DNA from: Dudresnaya verticillata
Taxonomy: Eukaryota
Direction: 5' to 3'
Length of the DNA: 50,068 nt
Assembly (NCBI GenBank): GCA_977862235.1
Contig: OZ374565.1
Coordinates: 2,666,001 to 2,716,068, forward strand
A program made the translations under genes and the position numbers. Of this stretch, positions 29,501 through 38,980 are shown piece by piece (position 1 is the first letter of the stretch; every line of letters begins with the position of its first letter). The notes under the pieces were generated by a model, which was not told the origin of the DNA, did no database searches, and worked only from the letters and a program-made list of their open reading frames with translations.

Positions 29501-31184
29501 GACCGCCGGCAGAAGCTGCCCTCCTGGACCCCGCGCAGCGTGTCGGGTTTGCGCAGTTGGTACCACTTGAGTAGCTGGTACCGGTGCAGGAGGCGGCTCC
29601 TGGCTGTCCGGGATTCGTCGCGGGGCTGGCAGGATATCGTCCGCCGGCTCGCCGTCCTCGGGTTGCGTCTCCGTGACCGCGTCCAGAGCAGGAGTCTGTG
29701 ATGGCGCGGCTACAGTTTCTTCACGGCTCGGTGTCGTCAATTGGTTGGACGGGACGTGGGAGAACGCCGGAGTGCGAGTGGCGGGACATGCGCTGCAATT
29801 CTTGTACCGCATACTGTACATGCCTTCACTGTTCATGCGGGAGCTACAGTGGGTAGGCATGTACTTGTTGTGAGTCACACAGTACCATACTCCATAGTCC
29901 AGGAGCTGCTGCTTGAGAGGCTCGATGTCGGTCCTCGTCGGTGGTCCTCGCCTGCCAGGAACATGCATCTTCCGCAGGTGCATGAGTAGCGCTTCTACAG
30001 TAGGCAGTGAGGACGACTGGCAGCCCAGAGGACAGCTGGTACTGTTTGTCGGGCGGTGTTTTGCCGAAGGCATAAAGCATGGAGAGAGCCATACCTTCGG
30101 CATGTCGGGGTGCTGCTGACCAATCATGGTTACAGCGCTGGGTAAGGTACCTGTAAAGGTCCTCTACAGTAGGTTCCCACGGGGCACAGACCTCCTAACC
30201 GGGACGCAAGCCTGTCGTCCGTCGTCAGTCTGTTCGGGACACCTCCAGAGGGTGCTACAGGTGGCCTTGCTGCGAGATGAAGGCCTCTTCGCAGCGTAGG
30301 GCGCGAGATCGCGCAATTTGCGCACGAGCTCGCGCAAAAGGGCGCGCGTGTTAGCGTTCGTGCGCGCAGACTTATCGGACGTTCCCTTCCCTGCCGCAGC
30401 TGAGAAGACTCTCTTCACTGCGGTCCTGTAACGCGCGGTACTTCTCGTTTGCACAAGCTCTCAATGGGGTCGCAGAACCACCGTTTACCTGTGAGTGCCC
30501 ACAGGATTTTTGGCCTCCCCCGAAGGTTCGCTGGCAGGACGTTCGCTCGATCTTAGAAGGGGTGGTTTCAAAACAGGATCCACCAGGCTTAAGCCACGTT
30601 ACCCCAACTTCGACGTTGCTTGGCACGTTTCTGCGATGAGCTTGTGGGTCACGAGCCGCCTACCACTCAAGGTCGAGGGTCTTTGGCGATTCCCACACTT
30701 GTAGGTCTCTCGGCACTTCCCGAAGGAAGATTTTACAGGACAAGCCTGGCCTTTACCAATCTGTCAGTTGAAGGGTGTGAAACCCCTCTGTCGACAGTCC
30801 ACGGCAGCCTAGACAGAGTCTAGGCTGTGCCGGGTACAAGCAAAACGCGTACAGGGCCAGGGAAAGAAAGATAAGTCAGTGGGGCCCGGGCAAATTTCAA
30901 GGTGAGGGATCACCTTAAAAGTAAGCGCAAAATAGGAAACGCGTGACCGTCGGCGACGACGGCGGCGGCGACGGCGGCGACGACGACGGCGTCGCGGCGC
31001 AGATCGGCGGCGCAAAAAGAGACAAAAGTAGACCGCGCTCGCCCGCCGTCAAAGGTGAAGGGCTGAAAAACCCCGCACCGACGCGCCGTCGCGCGCTCGA
31101 ACAGGCGGCACCGCCGCCGAAAAGATCGGTGCAGAACTTGCTGAGAAATCTCCGAAACAAAAAATTCGGCAGATCGCGAGCTCA
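26538..31184 (-). mobile_element. Full-length copy 6
   Basis: 5' junction GCGAG-CTCA, followed by a doubled TSD at 31185-31209. Confidence 0.95.
26639..30127 (-). CDS. RT-RLE polyprotein, 1162 aa (variant TQVVPTAQTRHAARG)
   Basis: Same domain motifs as the other full-length copies. Confidence 0.95.
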   Translation of the reverse strand: MIGQQHPDMPKVWLSPCFMPSAKHRPTNSTSCPLGCQSSSLPTVEALLMHLRKMHVPGRRGPPTRTDIEPLKQQLLDYGVWYCVTHNKYMPTHCSSRMNSEGMYSMRYKNCSACPATRTPAFSHVPSNQLTTPSREETVAAPSQTPALDAVTETQPEDGEPADDILPAPRRIPDSQEPPPAPVPATQVVPTAQTRHAARGPGGQLLPAVEDICRSHIPMVTHIPSRVRAEVRDALSKTVWAFTNATNSQEATKELTAFLLFPAAVLSNPPAASARAGASTSASSIGTFRDRIRRWGLKDYDALWQEALKGSTFREQTAPSAEEQRRINASRALRLAKEGAYSKAAAALDSDGIAPATDSVIQSMKDKHPQSVPQTDADHELDQSEPLPTIPDFVPFTADEVRKAVAKFPRASASGGTGLSPTHLQELLSVPTTHEHTGLLGGLTKMVNVLANGAGPAELSPWIASAPLTALKKRTGGVRPIAVGETIRRLVSSMLMTRVAPKAKAYLEPLQLGVATSGGTEAIVHAVRKLQKSHGHDKSYGLLQVDLKNAFNLVSRKAFMKEVRRHMPELLPWVRYCYDSEGPHLWMGDTLLRSVTGVQQGDPLGPLLFALVLQALIKQLKELTADLRRSGRNQQAEGANNLLLSLFYLDDGVIVAKHAVLRKVLSFFDSEEAKGYGFHLRMDKCTVWWPTAPDPEDCAAYPSDLGQSYGEGTTVLQAPIGTQNYMEESVNGHVESIQPLLDAISGLEDLHVAITLLRNCAGVCRLNYLLRVVPSSATAKGAELFDQKIEACMRKLVGGVLPRDTFRELQLPLRTKEPSFGIGISGAGDMNSSAFLASLSLTRNLLRSILPASVNTALSDDPFAVEAHEDWSAKCHSEDALDLEKIDSDECPRQRDLTRLVLKKVQAELPLGDRRTQAFRASLGVPGAKDWLKCQPAPGMKTYIADRDYRVWLRFYCRIPLLEPDTECPRAGCKKMMDVHGDHLLICPNGMRNSGSPRSWRHDSQVRLLASDLKRATRTPIVEPRPVGAHLDRPDIKALGTEGGTDYLDVTISHPLSSEQRILSCITNPQGTLKNAHADKVRTYRGFIQAAGPGARLVPVPMTTLGGWHPEAHKYMQELADTVASRAMVTRGVSRAALFHRHAARLVQNNVKCLMEGIQQEV

Positions 31185-31209
31185 GTACTGAGGTGAGTAC
31201 TGAGGTGAG

Positions 31210-31444
31210 TTCAACTTTATAACAGGTGATCATATTCTAATATTTGTCGACGTACAATCTACTGTAGTATCACAACAAAGTTAAACCCCAACTCAAAACA
31301 ACTTGCACATCTACACCTCCTGTTGGATCCCTTCCATCAGGCACTTGACGTTGTTCTGCACCAGTCGCGCCGCGTGCCTGTGGAATAGAGCCGCTCGCGA
31401 AACACCGCGAGTTACCATGGCCCGAGAAGCCACAGTATCCGCCA
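31210..31444 (-). mobile_element. Copy 7, 5'-truncated (235 bp)
   Basis: Element 3' end, then TSD 31445-31457. Confidence 0.9.
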
Positions 31445-32577
31445 GTACTGAGGTGAGGGATCACTCTGGAATCGCCAGTGCCGAATGTTTTTATTTTTTT
31501 GCACCTCATTCCTTCCTCCCCGCCGCCCTCTGCGTACATTGCTGCCTTGCATACCTCTCCCACAGAATCCCCGACCCACTGCCTCTGTACAGCGTATTCT
31601 TTTCACTCGCACTTTTCCCCTTTTCTTGTAAGTGGGAGGGAGTCTGAGAGTGTTTGCAGGTGTCTAGGGGTTGTTTAGGGTTAGGTCTAGGGTTAGTTTG
31701 GTTACTGTGGTACGCGAGGGGCATGATATTGGGAGGGTAAAGGGTCTAGTGTTGGTGCATGGAATGAATCATGGTGGTGGAAGGAATGGATCAGTGTGGT
31801 GGATGAATTGGATTTAGGGACATAGAATTGGATTAGATTTAGTACCCAGAAGATTGGATCAAGGATCACCACAATCGGATCAAGTCTGGTGGCTGGGGTG
31901 AGGGTGGCTTGGACGTTTGTGCTCATAACTTTGGAACGGCTGGGGCTAGGGAGCTGCTCAGTAGCTGAATCGAAGCGTCTCGTTGCTGCGCATTGCGTAG
32001 CGCTCTTACCCTCCTAAATCGACTTTTTGGCGCGTTTCTATGGTGCAAAACGTCCCCACGGGCCGTCGGCAGCTTTTGAGCAGATCAAATAGGGGTTTGG
32101 GGCATGTATGGTTATGGGTGGGTTTAGGGGTGTTAGGGATGTGTCATTTTAACGCGTTTAGGAGTGTAGGGAGTGGGAATGAAAGTAGTAAGGATGAGGA
32201 AATGGAAAGGGAAGGATGAGAAAGTATAGTACAATGCAGTAATACAAATCACGGAATGCATCAGGTTGGGATCCAATAAGGGTGGATGGATTGGATCAAC
32301 GGAAGTCAAGGCGTTATAGGATTGGATCTAGGGGCTCTGTAAATTAGATTGGGTGCTGGTTTCATTGAACCAAGGGGTCAGAACGTCCATGAGCTGGTTG
32401 ACTGTATTTATATTGAATCCTGCGTTTAGAGTAAATGGTATACGGTTATGGGTCATTACTTTAATGCTCCACGTGTACACTACAGTCGGATGGACATTGG
32501 ACGCAGGAGTCTTTAGTCGATGACGGGGAGTGCAGTTGATGGCGCATTTAAATAGGGGTACGGCGGGAACAGCAAGC

Positions 32578-32666
32578 ACATTCGGCCATACTACGCAGAC
32601 ATGCTCCGTATCCCATCCCGAACTGCGAAGATAAGTCTCGTCAGGCTGGTTTAGTACTGAGGTGAG
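32578..32666 (+). pseudogene. 5S rRNA 5' part, disrupted by copy 8; 3' half at 37759-37802
   Basis: 5S nt 1-89 joined to the element 3' end. Confidence 0.92.
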
Positions 32667-35600
32667 TTCAACTTTATAACAGGTGACCATATTCTAATAT
32701 TTGTCGACGTACAATCTACTGTAGTATCACAACAAAGTTAAACCCCAACTCAAAACAACCTGCACATCTACACCTCCTGTTGGATCCCTTCCATCAGGCA
32801 CTTGACGTTGTTCTGCACCAGTCGCGCCGCGTGCCTGTGGAACAGAGCCGCTCGCGAAACACCGCGAGTTACCATGGCCCGAGAAGCCACGGTATCCGCC
32901 AACTCTTGCATATACTTGTGCGCCTCCGGGTGCCAGCCACCTAGTGTGGTCATCGGCACCGGCACAAGCCTTGCCCCCGGTCCGGCAGCCTGGATGAAGC
33001 CACGATAAGTCCGCACCTTGTCAGCGTGGGCGTTCTTCAGCGTCCCTTGCGGGTTTGTTATGCAGCTGAGAATGCGTTGTTCTGACGACAGTGGATGACT
33101 GATTGTGACGTCCAGGTAGTCCGTTCCTCCTTCTGTTCCAAGCGCCTTGATGTCCGGCCGATCCAAGTGAGCCCCCACAGGGCGGGGCTCCACAATCGGG
33201 GTGCGTGTCGCACGTTTCAGATCCGAAGCCAGCAGACGAACCTGAGAGTCGTGGCGCCACGACCGAGGAGATCCGCTGTTCCGCATGCCGTTCGGACAAA
33301 TCAGCAGATGGTCGCCGTGAACATCCATCATCTTCTTGCACCCGGCCCGAGGACACTCCGTGTCGGGTTCCAGCAGTGGAATCCGACAGTAGAATCGAAG
33401 CCATACGCGGTAGTCCCGATCCGCAATGTACGTCTTCATGCCTGGTGCCGGCTGGCACTTGAGCCAGTCCTTGGCGCCCGGCACGCCAAGGGAAGCTCGG
33501 AAAGCTTGCGTCCGCCTGTCCCCGAGCGGCAGCTCGGCTTGCACTTTCTTCAGAACCAACCGCGTCAAGTCCCGCTGGCGCGGGCACTCGTCGCTGTCGA
33601 TCTTCTCCAGGTCCAGGGCATCCTCACTATGGCACTTGGCGCTCCAGTCTTCGTGCGCTTCTACTGCAAAAGGATCGTCAGAAAGAGCAGTGTTCACAGA
33701 AGCGGGTAAGATAGAACGCAGTAAGTTGCGGGTCAGTGAAAGGGACGCCAAAAACGCGCTCGAGTTCATGTCGCCAGCTCCCGAAATACCGATTCCGAAG
33801 CTGGGCTCTTTCGTGCGCAGGGGAAGCTGAAGTTCGCGGAAGGTGTCCCTCGGTAGGACTCCTCCCACGAGCTTGCGCATGCAAGCCTCAATCTTCTGGT
33901 CGAAGAGCTCGGCGCCCTTTGCCGTGGCGGATGATGGAACTACTCGCAGCAGGTAGTTCAGCCGGCAGACTCCGGCACAGTTGCGGAGTAGAGTGATGGC
34001 CACGTGTAGGTCTTCTAGTCCCGAAATTGCGTCCAGCAGGGGCTGGATGGACTCGACATGGCCATTCACGCTCTCCTCCATGTAGTTCTGCGTTCCAATC
34101 GGAGCCTGAAGTACTGTAGTGCCTTCTCCGTAGCTCTGCCCAAGATCCGACGGGTAGGCAGCGCAGTCTTCTGGGTCGGGTGCAGTAGGCCACCAAACAG
34201 TACACTTGTCCATGCGCAGGTGGAAGCCATAGCCCTTAGCTTCCTCGGAGTCAAAGAAGGACAGAACCTTCCTGAGTACGGCGTGTTTCGCCACGATGAC
34301 GCCGTCGTCCAGGTAGAACAGTGACAGCAGCAAGTTGTTCGCCCCCTCCGCTTGCTGATTGCGGCCCGAGCGCCGCAGGTCGGCGGTGAGTTCCTTCAAC
34401 TGTTTGATCAGTGCCTGCAGCACCAAAGCAAACAGTAACGGCCCGAGCGGGTCACCTTGCTGTACACCAGTGACACTCCGCAGTAGAGTGTCACCCATCC
34501 ACAGGTGCGGGCCCTCAGAGTCATAACAGTATCTGACCCACGGTAGTAGTTCAGGCATATGTCGGCGGACCTCCTTCATGAATGCTTTGCGGCTGACAAG
34601 GTTGAAGGCATTCTTCAAGTCCACTTGTAGCAACCCGTAGGACTTGTCATGGCCGTGAGACTTCTGCAGCTTCCGGACCGCGTGTACAATGGCTTCTGTG
34701 CCGCCCGAGGTTGCGACCCCGAGCTGAAGCGGTTCGAGGTATGCCTTGGCCTTGGGAGCGACTCTGGTCATGAGCATAGAGCTCACGAGTCGTCGGATTG
34801 TCTCTCCTACAGCAATGGGGCGGACACCGCCGGTGCGCTTCTTCAGAGCCGTGAGAGGAGCGCTGGCAATCCAAGGCGACAGCTCCGCAGGTCCTGCGCC
34901 GCTGGCCAGCACGTTGACCATTTTGGTGAGCCCGCCAAGCAGGCCCGTGTGCTCGTGAGTGGTCGGGACTGAGAGCAGTTCCTGCAGATGCGTCGGTGAT
35001 AGTCCTGTTCCCCCCGAGGCCGAAGCCCGGGGGAACTTGGCCACTGCTTTTCGTACTTCGTCGGCTGTGAAAGGCACGAAGTCAGGCATGGTCGGCAGCG
35101 GTTCGGACTGGTCAAGCTCGTGGTCCGCGTCGGTTTGCGGTACGGACTGCGGGTGCTTGTCCTTCATGGACTGTATCACAGAGTCTGTGGCTGGGGCGAT
35201 TCCATCAGAGTCTAGAGCTGCTGCTGCCTTACTGTAGGCGCCCTCCTTTGCAAGGCGAAGGGCTCGTGAGGCATTGATACGGCGTTGCTCTTCTGCGGAA
35301 GGCGCAGTCTGCTCACGGAATGTCGAGCCCTTCAAGGCCTCCTGCCATAGGGCGTCGTAATCCTTGAGTCCCCAGCGTCGGATTCGATCGCGGAAGGTGC
35401 CGATCGAGGACGCAGAGGTTGACGCGCTGGCCCTTGCACTCGCGGCGGGAGGATTGGACAAGACGGCTGCTGGAAAAAGCAGGAATGCAGTGAGCTCTTT
35501 GGTGGCTTCCTGAGAGTTGGTTGCGTTCGTAAAAGCCCATACCGTCTTGGACAGTGCGTCGCGCACCTCGGCGCGGACGCGAGACGGTATATGTGTGACC

Positions 35601-37758
35601 ATAGGGATATGCGAGCGACAGATGTCTTCGACCGCCGGCAGAAGCTGCCCTCCTGGACCCCGCGCAACGGGTGGGGTTTGCGCAGTTGGTACCTCTCGAG
35701 TAGCAGGTACCGGTGCAGGAGGCGGCTCCTGGCTGTCCGGGATTCGTCGCGGGGCTGGCAGGATATCGTCCGCTGGCTCGCCGTCCTCGGGTTGCGTCTC
35801 CGTGACCGCGTCCAGAGCAGGAGACTGTGATGGCGCGGCTACAGTTTCTTCACGGCTCGGTGTCGTCAATTGGTTGGACGGGACGTGGGAGAACGCCGGA
35901 GTGCGAGTAGCGGGACATGCGCTGCAATTCTTGTACCGCATACTGTACATGCCTTCACTGTTCATGCGGGAGCTACAGTGGGTGGGCATGTACTTGTTGT
36001 GAGTCACACAGTACCATACTCCATAGTCCAGGAGCTGCTGCTTGAGAGGCTCGATGTCGGTCCTCGTCGGTGGTCCTCGCCTGCCAGGAACATGCATCTT
36101 CCGCAGGTGCATGAGTAGCGCTTCTACAGTAGGCAGTGAGGACGACTGGCAGCCCAGAGGACAGCTGGTACTGTTTGTCGGGCGGTGTTTTGCCGAAGGC
36201 ATAAAGCATGGAGAGAGACATACCTTCGGCATGTCGGGGTGCTGCTGACCAATCATGGTTACAGCGCTGGGTAAGGTACCTGTAAAGGTCCTCTACAGTA
36301 GGTTCCCACGGGGCACAGACCTCCTAACCGGGACGCAAGCCTGTCGTCCGTCGTCAGTCTGTTCGGGACACCTCCAGAGGGTGCTACAGGTGGCCTTGCT
36401 GCGAGATGAGGGCCTCTTCGCAGCGTAGGGCGCGAGATCGCGCACTTTGCGCACGAGCTCGCGCAAAAGGGCGCGCGTGTTAGCGTTCGTGCGCGCAGAG
36501 TTATCGGACGTTCCCTTCCCTGCCGCAGCTGAGAAGACTCTCTTCACTGCGGTCCTGTAACGCGCGGTACTTTTCGTTTGCACAAGCTCTCAATGGGGTC
36601 GCAGAACCACCGTTTACCTGTGAGTGCCCACAGGATTTTTGGCCTCCCCCGAAGGTTCGCTGGCAGGACGTTCGCTCGATCTTAGAAGGGGTGGTTTCAA
36701 AACAGGATCCACCAGGCTTAAGCCACGTTACCCCAACTTCGACGTTGCTTGGCACGTTTCTGCGATGAGCTTGTGGGTCACGAGCCGCCTACCACTCAAG
36801 GTCGAGGGTCTTTGGCGATTCCCACACTTGTAGGTCTCTCGGCACTTCCCGAAGGAAGATTTTACAGGACAAGCCTGGCCTTTACCAATCTGTCAGTTGA
36901 AGGGTGTGAAACCCCTCTGTCGACAGTCCACGGCAGCCTAGACAGAGTCTAGGCTGTGCCGGGTACAAGCAAAACGCGTACAGGGCCAGGGAAAGAAAGA
37001 TAAGTCAGTGGGGCCCGGGCAAATTTCAAGGTGAGGGATCACCTTAAAAGTAAGCGCAAAATAGGAAACGCGTGACCGTCGGCGACGACGGCGGCGGCGA
37101 CGGCGGCGACGACGACGGCGTCGCGGCGCAGATCGGCGGCGCGGAAAGAGACAAAAGTAGACCGCGCTCGCCCGCCCGCGAAGGTGAAGGGCTGAAAAAC
37201 CCCGCACCGACGCGCCGTCGCGCGCTCGAACAGGCGGCACCGCCGCCGAAAAGATCGGTGCAGAACTTGTTGAGATATCCGCGAAACAAAAATTTCGGCA
37301 GATCGCTGAGGGAGTACTCAGCAGCAAACAGTAACGGCCCGAGCGGGTCACCTTGCTGTACACCAGTGACACTCCGCAGTAGAGTGTCACCCATCCACAG
37401 GTGCGGGCCCTCAGAGTCATAACAGTATCTGACCCACGGTAGTAGTTCAGGCATATGTCGGCGGACCTCCTTCATGAATGCTTTGCGGCTGACAAGGTTG
37501 AAGGCATTCTTCAAGTCCACTTGTAGCAACCCGTAGGACTTGTCATGGCCGTGAGACTTCTGCAGCTTCCGGACCGCGTGTACAATGGCTTCTGTGCCGC
37601 CCGAGGTTGCGACCCCGAGCTGAAGCGGTTCGAGGTATGCCTTGGCCTTGGGAGCGACTCTGGTCATGAGCATAGAGCTCACGAGTCGTCGGATTGTCTC
37701 TCCTACAGCAATGGGGCGGACACCGCCGGTGCAAAAATTTCGGCAGATCGCTGAGGGA
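32667..37758 (-). mobile_element. Full-length copy 8 plus extra 5' segments (internal RT fragment 37323-37732 and repeated 5' terminus 37733-37758)
   Basis: 37323-37732 matches copy 2 5129-5538; TSD 37759-37771. Confidence 0.93.
32768..36256 (-). CDS. RT-RLE polyprotein, 1162 aa
   Basis: Same as copy 2 except W13C. Confidence 0.95.
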   Translation of the reverse strand: MIGQQHPDMPKVCLSPCFMPSAKHRPTNSTSCPLGCQSSSLPTVEALLMHLRKMHVPGRRGPPTRTDIEPLKQQLLDYGVWYCVTHNKYMPTHCSSRMNSEGMYSMRYKNCSACPATRTPAFSHVPSNQLTTPSREETVAAPSQSPALDAVTETQPEDGEPADDILPAPRRIPDSQEPPPAPVPATREVPTAQTPPVARGPGGQLLPAVEDICRSHIPMVTHIPSRVRAEVRDALSKTVWAFTNATNSQEATKELTAFLLFPAAVLSNPPAASARASASTSASSIGTFRDRIRRWGLKDYDALWQEALKGSTFREQTAPSAEEQRRINASRALRLAKEGAYSKAAAALDSDGIAPATDSVIQSMKDKHPQSVPQTDADHELDQSEPLPTMPDFVPFTADEVRKAVAKFPRASASGGTGLSPTHLQELLSVPTTHEHTGLLGGLTKMVNVLASGAGPAELSPWIASAPLTALKKRTGGVRPIAVGETIRRLVSSMLMTRVAPKAKAYLEPLQLGVATSGGTEAIVHAVRKLQKSHGHDKSYGLLQVDLKNAFNLVSRKAFMKEVRRHMPELLPWVRYCYDSEGPHLWMGDTLLRSVTGVQQGDPLGPLLFALVLQALIKQLKELTADLRRSGRNQQAEGANNLLLSLFYLDDGVIVAKHAVLRKVLSFFDSEEAKGYGFHLRMDKCTVWWPTAPDPEDCAAYPSDLGQSYGEGTTVLQAPIGTQNYMEESVNGHVESIQPLLDAISGLEDLHVAITLLRNCAGVCRLNYLLRVVPSSATAKGAELFDQKIEACMRKLVGGVLPRDTFRELQLPLRTKEPSFGIGISGAGDMNSSAFLASLSLTRNLLRSILPASVNTALSDDPFAVEAHEDWSAKCHSEDALDLEKIDSDECPRQRDLTRLVLKKVQAELPLGDRRTQAFRASLGVPGAKDWLKCQPAPGMKTYIADRDYRVWLRFYCRIPLLEPDTECPRAGCKKMMDVHGDHLLICPNGMRNSGSPRSWRHDSQVRLLASDLKRATRTPIVEPRPVGAHLDRPDIKALGTEGGTDYLDVTISHPLSSEQRILSCITNPQGTLKNAHADKVRTYRGFIQAAGPGARLVPVPMTTLGGWHPEAHKYMQELADTVASRAMVTRGVSRAALFHRHAARLVQNNVKCLMEGIQQEV

Positions 37759-38891
37759 GTACTGAGGTGAGGGATCACTCTGGAATCGCCAGTGCCGAAT
37801 GTTTTTATTTTTTTGCACCTCATTCCTTCCTCCCCGCCGCCCTCTGCGTACATTGCTGCCTTGCATACCTCTCCCACAGAATCCCCGACCCACTGCCTCT
37901 GTACAGCGTATTCTTTTCACTCGCACTTTTCCCCTTTTCTTGTAAGTGGGAGGGAGTCTGAGAGTGTTTGCAGGTGTCTAGGGGTTGTTTAGGGTTAGGT
38001 CTAGGGTTAGTTTGGTTACTGTGGTACGCGAGGGGCATGATATTGGGAGGGTAAAGGGTCTAGTGTTGGTGCATGGAATGAATCATGGTGGTGGAAGGAA
38101 TGGATCAGTGTGGTGGATGAATTGGATTTAGGGACATAGAATTGGATTAGATTTAGTACCCAGAAGATTGGATCAAGGATCACCACAATCGGATCAAGTC
38201 TGGTGGCTGGGGTGAGGGTGGCTTGGACGTTTGTGCTCATAACTTTGGAACGGCTGGGGCTAGGGAGCTGCTCAGTAGCTGAATCGAAGCGTCTCGTTGC
38301 TGCGCATTGCGTAGCGCTCTTACCCTCCTAAATCGACTTTTTGGCGCGTTTCTATGGTGCAAAACGTCCCCACGGGCCGTCGGCAGCTTTTGAGCAGATC
38401 AAATAGGGGTTTGGGGCATGTATGGTTATGGGTGGGTTTAGGGGTGTTAGGGATGTGTCATTTTAACGCGTTTAGGAGTGTAGGGAGTGGGAATGAAAGT
38501 AGTAAGGATGAGGAAATGGAAAGGGAAGGATGAGAAAGTATAGTACAATGCAGTAATACAAATCACGGAATGCATCAGGTTGGGATCCAATAAGGGTGGA
38601 TGGATTGGATCAACGGAAGTCAAGGCGTTATAGGATTGGATCTAGGGGCTCTGTAAATTAGATTGGGTGCTGGTTTCATTGAACCAAGGGGTCAGAACGT
38701 CCATGAGCTGGTTGACTGTATTTATATTGAATCCTGCGTTTAGAGTAAATGGTATACGGTTATGGGTCATTACTTTAATGCTCCACGTGTACACTACAGT
38801 CGGATGGACATTGGACGCAGGAGTCTTTAGTCGATGACGGGGAGTGCAGTTGATGGCGCATTTAAATAGGGGTACGGCGGGAACAGCAAGC

Positions 38892-38980
38892 ACATTCGGC
38901 CATACTACGCAGACATGCTCCGTATCCCATCCCGAACTGCGAAGATAAGTCTCGTCAGGCTGGTTTAGTACTGAGGTGAG
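38892..38980 (+). pseudogene. 5S rRNA 5' part, disrupted by copies 9+10+11; 3' half at 43952-43995
   Basis: 5S nt 1-89 joined to the element 3' end. Confidence 0.92.

Noticed and set aside
37044..37877. 277-aa chimeric ORF containing RT motifs
   Set aside because: Accidental frame across the template-jump junctions; lacks YLDD.
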